Origin: Anaerolineae bacterium
GTDB lineage: Bacteria > Chloroflexota > Anaerolineae > Epilineales > JAHCIE01
Reading direction: 5' to 3'
DNA length: 64,000 nucleotides
Assembly: GCA_046328535.1 (NCBI GenBank)
Contig: JAXLWJ010000023.1
Coordinates: forward strand, 9,186 to 73,185
The notes beneath the pieces are model-generated. The model was not told the origin of the DNA. It was given only the letters and a program-made list of their open reading frames with translations, and searched no databases. Below are positions 34,590-48,764 of the stretch, in pieces. Position 1 is the stretch's first letter; every line of letters begins with the position of its first letter. A program made the position numbers and the translations under genes.

Positions 34590-35190
34590 CAACCGCCAGG
34601 TGTTCGACGCGGCGGGCGTCTACGCCGTCAACCTGATGGGGTCGCCGGGCGCGGGCAAGACGAGCCTGATCCTGGCGACCGTGGCGCGGCTGTCGGCGGC
34701 GACGCGGCCCGGCGTCATCGAGGGCGACCTGGCCTCGACGATTGACGCCGAGACCATCGCCCGCCACGGCATCCCCGTCGTCCAGATCAACACCGGCGGC
34801 AACTGCCACCTCGACGCGCCCCAGATTCAGTCCGCGCTCCCCCATCTCCCCCTGCCCCAGCTCGACCTGGTCTTCATCGAGAACGTCGGCAACCTGGTCT
34901 GCCCGGCGAACTTCGCCCTCGGCGCGCACCTGGCCGCTGTCGTGGCGAGCGTGCCGGAGGGACACGACAAGCCGTACAAGTACCCCGGCATCTACGCCAC
35001 GGCGGATGTCGTCGTTCTCAACAAGGCCGACCTCGTGTCCGTCTTCGAGTTCAACGTCGAGTACTTCCGCCGCGGCGTGGCAATGCTCAACCCGACGTGT
35101 CCGCTGTTCGTGGTGTCCTCGCGCACGGGCGAGGGCATGGCGGCGTGGGTCGCGTGGCTCGAAGGACGACGCGCCGCCACTATGACTTGA
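34534..35190 (+). CDS. hypB: hydrogenase nickel incorporation GTPase HypB
   Basis: ORF 34267..35190 trimmed to the ATG at 34534 (MKIPVVQEIL...). Motifs GSPGAGKTS, ENVGNLVCP, NKADL. No N-terminal His-rich or CxxCGC segment. Confidence 0.9.
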   Translation: MKIPVVQEILSANESQADDNRQVFDAAGVYAVNLMGSPGAGKTSLILATVARLSAATRPGVIEGDLASTIDAETIARHGIPVVQINTGGNCHLDAPQIQSALPHLPLPQLDLVFIENVGNLVCPANFALGAHLAAVVASVPEGHDKPYKYPGIYATADVVVLNKADLVSVFEFNVEYFRRGVAMLNPTCPLFVVSSRTGEGMAAWVAWLEGRRAATMT

Positions 35191-35431
35191 CGGTGTCCGG
35201 CGCGCGGGTTTTCGCAGGGTCGGACTCGCTTAGGTCCGCGTGAGTCATAGATAAGACCTTCCTCACATACGAGAAAACGCTGCGCAAAAGTGTAGCCATA
35301 GGCCGCCAATCGTGCTACAATGACGGTAAGGGGAGGTCATGCCGGGCGCGGCCCATCGGCAAACAAAAGCGCCGCCCAGCCGATGGCTTGCCCCACGTCA
35401 ACGCAAACATCAAAGCACAAAGGGGCCTAAC

Positions 35432-37012
35432 ATGCGTATCCTAGGGCAGGCGCACCCGACAGTGGGCGCCGACGCGCTCTTGCGCGCGTGCCTGATCGTC
35501 CTCACTCTGGCGGCCATCCTCGCCGCCGCCACTCCCACTCACGCGACAACCAGCGCCACTATCATCTACGTCGTTCCTGGCGGGACCGGCGGCGGCGCGT
35601 CCTGGGCCGACGGCAAAGACCTCGCGGCGGCGCTGTCGGGCGCGGCCAGCGGGTCCGAGCTGTGGGTCAAGGCCGGCACGTACAAGCCGACAACCACCGG
35701 CGACCGCGATGCCACGTTCGCCCTCAAGAGCGGCGTCGCGCTCTACGGCGGGTTCGCCGGGACGGAGACGACGCGCGACGGGCGCGACGGGCGCGTTAAC
35801 GTCACCACGTTGAGCGGCGACATCGGGACGCCGAACGACAACAGCGACAACAGCTACCACGTCGTCACCGGCAGCGGTACGGACAACACCGCCATCCTCG
35901 ACGGCTTCACCGTCAGCGGCGGCGCCGCGACGAACACCGCATCCCCGTTTGTCTGTCCCAACAACTGCGGCGGCGGGATGTACAACAATGCCGGCAGCCC
36001 GTCGGTCAGGCATGTTGTCTTCAGCAATAACTCGGCCCACGGCGCTGGGGGTGGCGTGGCAAATGTTGGGGGCAGTAGCCCGACGTTGACGGACGTCTTC
36101 GTGGCGGGCAATGTCAACACGAGCGGCGAAGGCGGCGGCGGGATGTACAACTACTGGAGCAACCCGACGCTGACGAACGTGACCTTCAGCGGCAACTCGT
36201 CGCCTCACGGCTACGGCGGCGGGATGATGAACAGCAACAGCAACCCGACGCTGACCAATGTCACCTTCACTGGGAACACCACCCGCGACGGGGCCGGGGC
36301 CATGTACAACCTGGGAAGCAACCCGAAGATTCGTAACAGCATCCTGTGGGGTGACAGCGCCAGCGAGATTGACGGACACGGCAGCACGCCCGTCGTGTCG
36401 TACAGCATCGTGCAGCAGGCCTCCGGTGTCTACCTCGGCGTCGGCAACCTGAATGCTGACCCGAAGTTCATCTCACCGATCACTGCGCCCGCTCCCACGA
36501 CCACGGGCAATCTGCGCCTCCAGGCGATCTCCCCGGCCATCAACGCGGGCGACAACAACGTCACCAACCCCGCGCTGCCCACCACCGACCTCGACGGCAA
36601 CCCGCGCATCCTGGGCGGCACAGTGGACATGGGCGCGTATGAGTACCCGCCCTACAGCGTGGGCTACGTCTCGCCGCTCCTGGCCGCGCCGAGCGTGAAC
36701 GACCTTTACCCGACGAGCATCGGGCTGACGCGGACGCCAATCCGCTGGAAGCTGACGAACGCGGCGGGGGCGCCGTTCACGGCGGCAGGGACGGTGACGA
36801 AGATCGCCTACAAGCTCAACCCGTCGTGCAGCAGCTTCAACGAGGACCCCGGCGGGGCGACGGCGGCGAGCCTGGACAGCGCGAACCCGAGATACGACAC
36901 TATGCAGAAAGCGTGGATATACAACTGGCAGCTGCCAGGGCGCGGGTGTTACAGCCTGTTCGTCACGTTGAACAGCGCCCAGACGCTCACGCTGCGGTAC
37001 AACATTCACTAG
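35432..37012 (+). CDS. secreted right-handed beta-helix repeat protein (choice-of-anchor-Q / Pmp-like repeats)
   Basis: ORF 35339..37012 trimmed to the ATG at 35432. Signal peptide, then repeated ...GGGMYN...SNPTLTNVTFSGN... turns and ...DLDGNPRILGGTVDMGAYEY. An additional ~130-aa C-terminal domain follows. Confidence 0.75.
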   Translation: MRILGQAHPTVGADALLRACLIVLTLAAILAAATPTHATTSATIIYVVPGGTGGGASWADGKDLAAALSGAASGSELWVKAGTYKPTTTGDRDATFALKSGVALYGGFAGTETTRDGRDGRVNVTTLSGDIGTPNDNSDNSYHVVTGSGTDNTAILDGFTVSGGAATNTASPFVCPNNCGGGMYNNAGSPSVRHVVFSNNSAHGAGGGVANVGGSSPTLTDVFVAGNVNTSGEGGGGMYNYWSNPTLTNVTFSGNSSPHGYGGGMMNSNSNPTLTNVTFTGNTTRDGAGAMYNLGSNPKIRNSILWGDSASEIDGHGSTPVVSYSIVQQASGVYLGVGNLNADPKFISPITAPAPTTTGNLRLQAISPAINAGDNNVTNPALPTTDLDGNPRILGGTVDMGAYEYPPYSVGYVSPLLAAPSVNDLYPTSIGLTRTPIRWKLTNAAGAPFTAAGTVTKIAYKLNPSCSSFNEDPGGATAASLDSANPRYDTMQKAWIYNWQLPGRGCYSLFVTLNSAQTLTLRYNIH

Positions 37013-37016
37013 GCGT

Positions 37017-37442
37017 TTACTTCGCCACGACGTTGAGCGTCACGTCGAACGTCTGGGCCGGGGGCGTGTCCCGCTCCCACGGGCGCTGGTAGACGAAGCT
37101 CAGCTTCGCCGCGCCGACGGCCGCGCCCTGGTAGGTGAAGGTGTACGTCCCGCCGACGCCGACCCTGCCGCCGGCGTTCGCGTCGGTCTTGTAGACCGGC
37201 TCGCCGACGGCGATGACGCTGCCGGAGGAGGGCGGCGCCGCCTCCCAGACGTAGCCGGTGGTTGGGTTGCCCGCCAGCGTGACCACCGCTTGCTGGTCGA
37301 GGCGAACCGTGATTGTCTTGCCGTTGTCGGCGCTCGTAATCGGCACGGGTTGCTGAGCGCCGCCGCCCGACGGGAGCGCGCCGCAGCCGGCCAGGAGCAT
37401 CAGGCCGAGGGAGAGGATGGTCAGGCAGAGTCGCGTGGGCAT
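37017..37442 (-). CDS. lipoprotein, protease inhibitor I42 (chagasin/ICP) family
   Basis: 141-aa ORF with the lipobox LLAGC and the NPTTGYVW motif characteristic of chagasin-family cysteine protease inhibitors. Confidence 0.8.
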   Translation of the reverse strand: MPTRLCLTILSLGLMLLAGCGALPSGGGAQQPVPITSADNGKTITVRLDQQAVVTLAGNPTTGYVWEAAPPSSGSVIAVGEPVYKTDANAGGRVGVGGTYTFTYQGAAVGAAKLSFVYQRPWERDTPPAQTFDVTLNVVAK

Positions 37443-37637
37443 GGTAGCATCCTTGGGGCGAATGGGCCAGGGCCTGAGAGAGATCGCGTGCTATACTGAA
37501 TACGCCGGACGCGCGGGCAGAGTTCCGCCCTTCTCGACCACGCGGTTCGCCGTTTCGGTCCGTCGGCCGGCGGATGTGATATAATAACAGGATATAGCCC
37601 GTCACGGACCGTGCATCGAAAAAGTGAGGATGCGACG

Positions 37638-37934
37638 ATGGCGAACCTGGGATTCAAGCGCATCAACCTCGACCCCGATACCGACCTCGTCCGGGTGCTA
37701 GAAGACGTGCGAGACGATGGGGTTCCTCGGCACATCGAGCGCGACGGCAAGCCTTTAGCCGTCGTTGTGAATCCTGTGGACTATGGCGCCACGTCAGAAC
37801 CGACGAGCAAACGCATGAAGGACAGGCTCATGTCGTTCGCAGGTATTTGGAGCGATCTGGATGCTGATCAACTGATCGAGGACATCTATGCCGCTCGCCA
37901 CGCATCGCCGCCTAGTCCACTCATCGAGCCATGA
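37638..37934 (+). CDS. type II antitoxin (Phd/YefM or VapB-like)
   Basis: ORF 37611..37934 trimmed to the ATG at 37638, with a GTGAGGA Shine-Dalgarno 7 nt upstream. Contains ...RDGKPLAVVVNPVDY... and ...FAGIWSDLDADQLIEDIYAARH. Confidence 0.65.
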   Translation: MANLGFKRINLDPDTDLVRVLEDVRDDGVPRHIERDGKPLAVVVNPVDYGATSEPTSKRMKDRLMSFAGIWSDLDADQLIEDIYAARHASPPSPLIEP

Positions 37935-38011
37935 GTTACTTGATAGACACCGTTGTGACGCGCGATGAGCACTTTGCGCGCATCCCCGACCTCAAGCTTT
38001 ATGCCCAGTAG
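37931..38011 (+). pseudogene. internally deleted PIN (VapC) toxin remnant
   Basis: 26-codon ORF with an ATGA overlap on the antitoxin stop: MSYLIDTVVTRDEHFARIPDLKLYAQ. It looks like a PIN N-terminus (YLIDT) fused directly to a PIN C-terminus (TRD.HF..IP.L). Confidence 0.5.
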
Positions 38012-38088
38012 CGTGTTGACGCGACACCGCTACGCCCAAATGCGCCGACATATCCCGTGACGCGGCGCGGCAAGTTGTGACGTTGTGC

Positions 38089-38117
38089 TTGACTCCGGCT
38101 CGACGTTCAGGTATAAT
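38089..38117 (+). promoter_or_regulatory. near-consensus promoter upstream of gltB
   Basis: TTGACT - 17 nt - TATAAT. It would give a leader of about 225 nt. Confidence 0.55.
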
Positions 38118-38189
38118 GACGGGAATTAGAGACAGGGTCGCCCCTCGTCTCACCTCTCGTTAACGCCGCCCATTGGCTTCTGTGGTGAA

Positions 38190-38255
38190 GCCGCCATCTG
38201 CGACACATGAGAGTCGCCTGCGCGCAGCTCCCCTGCCGCATGGCGGCTTTTTGTT
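38190..38255 (+). promoter_or_regulatory. terminator-like hairpin plus T-run inside the gltB leader (possible attenuator)
   Basis: gccgccat (38190-38197) pairs with atggcggc (38240-38247) and is followed by tttttgtt. The ~42-nt loop contains competing small hairpins (gcgac...gtcgc, ctgcg...cgcag). Confidence 0.3.
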
Positions 38256-38348
38256 ACCCGCCAGGGCGCGTCATGTCGTGACAACCGAAGATGTCTGATG
38301 GCCGGCGGCCCGATCCGCTGGCTGGCTCACGAGTGAGTAGGAGCTCCC

Positions 38349-42941
<4,593 letters not shown>

Positions 42942-42960
42942 GCCGCAATGTCGCAATAGT

Positions 42961-43015
42961 AGTAACGACTTCAGTCGTTTCCCCGAACGAAGAGACGGCT
43001 GAAGCCGTCACTACA
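42961..43015. repeat. family-C double hairpin
   Basis: aacgac-ttca-gtcgtt and gacggc-tgaa-gccgtc lie in inverted orientation to each other. Confidence 0.7.
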
Positions 43016-43041
43016 GAGCGCGCAGTTGAACAGTAGTACAA

Positions 43042-43074
43042 GGGCGCCCCACTTCGGGGGCGCCCTGTTTCGTT
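43042..43074 (+). terminator. intrinsic terminator downstream of gltB
   Basis: gggcgcccc - acttcg - ggggcgccc (9-bp GC stem) followed by tgtttcgtt. Confidence 0.6.
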
Positions 43075-43087
43075 GGGGGCGAAGAGG

Positions 43088-43156
43088 AAGGAAACGCAAA
43101 GGCGCAAAGAAAGAAGTGAGGAGCCGTCAGAATTGTAGCGCCGACTTCAGTCGGCC
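43088..43156 (+). repeat. D-reverse + C composite, same arrangement as 20606-20682
   Basis: ggaaacgcaaaggcgcaaagaaagaag ... tgtagcgccgacttcagtcggcc. Confidence 0.75.
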
Positions 43157-43160
43157 TTCG

Positions 43161-43190
43161 CTGGCGGCGGAGTTGTCACTCCACCGCCAG
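43161..43190. repeat. family-B hairpin (ttgtca-loop type)
   Basis: ctggcggcggagttgtcactccaccgccag. Confidence 0.8.
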
Positions 43191-43300
43191 CAGGGGGGGT
43201 CGCGCTATCGTGCAGAGCTACGGCGGGCGTTCTTTTTTCGCGCCTTTCGCGTGCCTTTTCGTGCGTTTCGCGGTCCAATCGTCTTCGCGGTCCGACTCTC

Positions 43301-45140
<1,840 letters not shown>

Positions 45141-45214
45141 TATGGAGTTCTCAGGGTTACCACCCTAACCTGCAACATTATTGTGACCACGTGGCGCGCC
45201 GATTCTTACTCGCC

Positions 45215-46039
45215 TCACGGGGCGATGACCGGCTCCTCCAGCGGGCGGATGCGCACCTTGACCGCCATCTTTTCCTTCGCCGTGCCTTTGTAGAAGCCGC
45301 GCACCGGCGCCGCGTCGGCGTAATCGCGGCCGATGGCGAGGCGGACGTAGTGGTCGGTGACCATGCGGCGGTGCGTCGGGTCCAGCCCGAGCCACCCCTG
45401 CCCTGCATAGGCCTCGACCCAGGCGTGCGTCGCCAGCACATCGTAGGGGCCGTTGGAGCGGTCATAGAGGTAGCCGCTGACGTAGCGGGCCGGGATGCCG
45501 ACGCAGCGGCAGCAAGCGATGAGCAGGTGCGCGAAATCCTGGCAGACACCCTTGCCGCCTCGCAGAACCTCGTCGGCGGTCGTGTGGATGTCCGTGCTGC
45601 CCGGCACGTAGTCGAAGTGTTCGTAGATGGCGTACTTCAGCGCGAGCATGCGGTCTTCGTCGCCACCCTCGCCGACGTGTTCGCGGGCGAATGCTTCGAT
45701 GGCCGGGGTCCAGAAGGCGTAGTGGCTGGGGGCCAGGGCGTCGTGACGTTCCAGGAGAGTCGGCGGCGGCGCCGGGATGAGGGGCTGGAGGGCCGTCTCG
45801 ACGACGCTCGTCGCCACGATGACGCAGCGGCGGTGGGGCGGCAGGATGCTGTAGCAGTGCACCGTGTTGCCGAAGTCGTCGGTCAGCTCGTCCATCGGCG
45901 CTTGCGGCTCGACGCTGAGCTTGAAGCTCAGGCAGCGCTGGCCGTACTCGTCGCGCGGGCGGACGCGGGCCTCGCCCGCGCGCTCGCTCACCGCGCCGCC
46001 ATAGGTAAAGATCGTTTCGTGCTCGATGTGAAGTTTCAT
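45215..46039 (-). CDS. transglutaminase-like cysteine protease family protein
   Basis: ORF 45215..46225 trimmed to the ATG at 46037-46039 (MKLHIEHETIFTY...). Cys-His-Asp triad context: GKGVCQDFAH, THAWVEAY, GLDPTH. Confidence 0.85.
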   Translation of the reverse strand: MKLHIEHETIFTYGGAVSERAGEARVRPRDEYGQRCLSFKLSVEPQAPMDELTDDFGNTVHCYSILPPHRRCVIVATSVVETALQPLIPAPPPTLLERHDALAPSHYAFWTPAIEAFAREHVGEGGDEDRMLALKYAIYEHFDYVPGSTDIHTTADEVLRGGKGVCQDFAHLLIACCRCVGIPARYVSGYLYDRSNGPYDVLATHAWVEAYAGQGWLGLDPTHRRMVTDHYVRLAIGRDYADAAPVRGFYKGTAKEKMAVKVRIRPLEEPVIAP

Positions 46040-47040
46040 TGTTGTTGTTGCTGAGCCTGTCGGTTCCAACGGTCCATGACGCCTATCGGGGGGAGGTTGG
46101 TGGTCACGAAGTAGCTCTGGGTGACGGCGTCGCCGACGATGTTGATCTTGGATACCAGGGTGTCCAGGTAGTGCGGCAGGTCCGCCAGGGCATCGCGTAT
46201 GTCCAGGTACTCCAACTCGGCGCACAGCCGGCCCAGGGCGCGCTCGGCCGGGTTGCCTGGCCGCGGGCCGCCGTCCGAGGTGCTTTGCAGCGCAGCGCGC
46301 GTCTGCCCCAGGCTGAAGTACACGCTGCGCGGGAATGCCTGGTCCAGGAGCAAGAAGTCAGCCACGCGCCACGCCTGGAGTTGCGAGTGGACGCGGCGGT
46401 ACGGCTCGAAGGCGCTGGCCGACTTCAGCAGGGCAATCCACTGCAAGGCCGCGACGGGGTTGGTGTCGCCGGCGGTACCGATGCTCTCCGCCAGGGTGTG
46501 GTACTTCACGTCGAGGATGCGCGTCGTCTTGTCCGCCCGCTCCAGATACTTCCCGGCCTGAATGAAATACCAACCCTCGCCGTGGGCCATCGTGGCGTCG
46601 GTGATGCCCTGGAAGAGGTGCGAGCCGTTGCGCACGTCGCTAAAGAAGGTGTACGGGTTGCGCGTGATCTCGGACACGTCAGCGGCGCGCACGAGGTGGT
46701 AGAGGCGGTTGATCTCCTCCCACATCTCGCGGCTAATCTGCTCGCGCACCGAGCGCGCATTCTCCCGCGCCCGCTCGATGCACGTCAGGATGGCGTTCGG
46801 GTTCGCGGGGTCGCCGATGAGGAAGCGGCTGACGGTCTCGCCGGTGAACGCGCCGTACTGCGACTGGAGGATGTAGCGGTCGCCGGTGATGTCCACGATG
46901 GGTTCCCACGTCAGCGACTCGGTGAGCTGCGGAGCGTCCAGGGCGGCCTGGAAGTTGACAGCGAGGATGCGCGCCACGTCTTCCGCCCGTTCCAGGTAGC
47001 GCGACATCCAGTAGAGTGACTCGGCGACTCGGCTTAGCAT
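46036..47040 (-). CDS. alpha-E domain protein (DUF403)
   Basis: 334-aa ORF starting MLSRVAESLYWMSRYLERAED..., the canonical alpha-E N-terminus. ATGA overlap with the transglutaminase gene. Confidence 0.85.
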   Translation of the reverse strand: MLSRVAESLYWMSRYLERAEDVARILAVNFQAALDAPQLTESLTWEPIVDITGDRYILQSQYGAFTGETVSRFLIGDPANPNAILTCIERARENARSVREQISREMWEEINRLYHLVRAADVSEITRNPYTFFSDVRNGSHLFQGITDATMAHGEGWYFIQAGKYLERADKTTRILDVKYHTLAESIGTAGDTNPVAALQWIALLKSASAFEPYRRVHSQLQAWRVADFLLLDQAFPRSVYFSLGQTRAALQSTSDGGPRPGNPAERALGRLCAELEYLDIRDALADLPHYLDTLVSKINIVGDAVTQSYFVTTNLPPIGVMDRWNRQAQQQQQ

Positions 47041-47076
47041 GGCTGTCCGTCCGGTGTCAGGGTGACCAATCTAGCG

Positions 47077-48516
47077 CTACTCATCGAGCACCCAGGTGTC
47101 TTTCGACCCGCCGCCCTGGGAGGAGTTCACCACCAGAGAGCCGCGGCGCAGGGCGACCCGGGTCAGCCCGCCGGGGATGATGTTGATGTCCTTGCCGTAC
47201 AGGATGTACGGGCGAAGGTCCACGTGGCGGCCCTCGAAGTGGCCGTCCACGTAGGTCGGGTGGCGGCTCAGGGCCAGCGTCGGCTGCGCGATGAAGTTGC
47301 GCGGGTTCGCCTTGATTTTGGCGGCGAACTCGTCCCGCTGCGCCTGCGTCGAGTGGGGTCCGATGAGCATCCCGTACCCGCCCGCTTCGTTCACCGACTT
47401 GACCACAAGCTCGTTCATGTGCTCCAGGATATAGGCGCGCTCCAGCGGGTCGGCGGCGAGGTAGGTCGGCACGTTGTCGAGGATCGGCTCCTCGGCCAGG
47501 TAGTAGCGGATCATGTGGGGGACGTAGGGGTAGATGCCCTTGTCGTCGGCGATGCCGGTGCCGATGGCGTTGGCGATGGTGATGCGGCCGGTGCGGTAGG
47601 CGTTGAACAGCCCGGCGCAGCCGATCTGCGAGTCGTTGCGGAACGCCAGCGGGTCGAGGAAGCTGTCGTCAATGCGGCGGTAGAGTACGTCAATCGGCTG
47701 GAGGCCGCGCGTCGTGCGCATGTAGACGCGGTTGTCGTAGGTCACCAGGTCGCGCCCCTCGACGATCTCCACCCCCATCTGCCGCGCCAGGAACGAGTGT
47801 TCGAAGTAGGCCGAGTTGTAGATGCCCGGCGTGAGCAGGGCGACGGTGGGCGTGTCCACACCCTCTGGCGCGACGCCGCGTAGCGTCTCCAGCAGCAGCT
47901 GCGGGTAGTGCTCGACGGGCAGGACGCCGTAGCGCTCGAACAGGCGCGGGAACGTGCGCTTCAACGCGGCGCGGTTCTCCAGGACGTAGGAGACGCCGGA
48001 CGGGCTGCGCAGGTTGTCTTCGAGCACCAGGTAGCGCCCGTCATCGTCCCGCACCAGGTCGGTGCCGGTGATGTGGATGTAGACGCCGCCGGGCGGGCTG
48101 ACGTGCATCATCTGGTGGCAGAAGCTCTGCGCGCCAAAGATGAGGTCGGGCGGGACGAGGCCGGCGCGGAGGATGCGTTGCTCGTGGTAGATGTCGTGGA
48201 TGAAGAGGTTGAGCGCCGTGACGCGCTGCTTCAGGCCGCGCTCCAGGCGCGACCACTCGGCGTGGGGGATGATACGGGGGATGAGGTCGAACGGGAAGAT
48301 GCGCTCGATGCCCTCCTGCGCGCTGTAGACGGTGAATGTGATGCCCTGGTAGAGGAAGGCGATGTCGGCGAGGCGGACGCGCTCGTCGAACTGGGGGCCG
48401 TTCAACTCGGTCAGGCGGTCATACAGGTTGGCATAGTGCGGGCGTGGCTCCCCGGCGTCGTCGAACATCTCGTCGAAGAAGCGGTCGAGGGTGTAGCCTT
48501 CGAATAGGTTGGACAT
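47077..48516 (-). CDS. circularly permuted ATP-grasp type 2 protein (DUF404/DUF407)
   Basis: ORF 47077..48570. The likely start is MSNLFEGY... at 48514-48516, though upstream Mets at 48531 and 48570 are possible. Conserved ...[19 protein letters not shown]... and ...[18 protein letters not shown]... Confidence 0.85.
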   Translation of the reverse strand: MSNLFEGYTLDRFFDEMFDDAGEPRPHYANLYDRLTELNGPQFDERVRLADIAFLYQGITFTVYSAQEGIERIFPFDLIPRIIPHAEWSRLERGLKQRVTALNLFIHDIYHEQRILRAGLVPPDLIFGAQSFCHQMMHVSPPGGVYIHITGTDLVRDDDGRYLVLEDNLRSPSGVSYVLENRAALKRTFPRLFERYGVLPVEHYPQLLLETLRGVAPEGVDTPTVALLTPGIYNSAYFEHSFLARQMGVEIVEGRDLVTYDNRVYMRTTRGLQPIDVLYRRIDDSFLDPLAFRNDSQIGCAGLFNAYRTGRITIANAIGTGIADDKGIYPYVPHMIRYYLAEEPILDNVPTYLAADPLERAYILEHMNELVVKSVNEAGGYGMLIGPHSTQAQRDEFAAKIKANPRNFIAQPTLALSRHPTYVDGHFEGRHVDLRPYILYGKDINIIPGGLTRVALRRGSLVVNSSQGGGSKDTWVLDE

Positions 48517-48660
48517 GGCGAAGTCTTCCATGTTTCCATCCCGGCGCTCGAAATAGACGTAGGAGCGCACGGGTGTGCGCCCCTACGTGGGGGCATCGCA
48601 TTGTATTATGGCAGGAGTATACACCCAGTGGCGTCAAGAGTCCATTTGCGCGGAGGGGCG

Positions 48661-48702
48661 TCCCTCATCCCCCAGCCCCTTCTCCCACAAGGGGAGAAGG
48701 GG
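48661..48702. repeat. family-A hairpin repeat, intergenic
   Basis: tccctcatcccccagccccttctcccacaaggggagaagggg, in the same orientation and tail as the copy at 4063. Confidence 0.8.
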
Positions 48703-48764
48703 AGCCGCCGTTGGCGTCAGTCCGTAGCACAACGGCGGCGAGTAGGGGGGGAGGGGCAGTAGGG

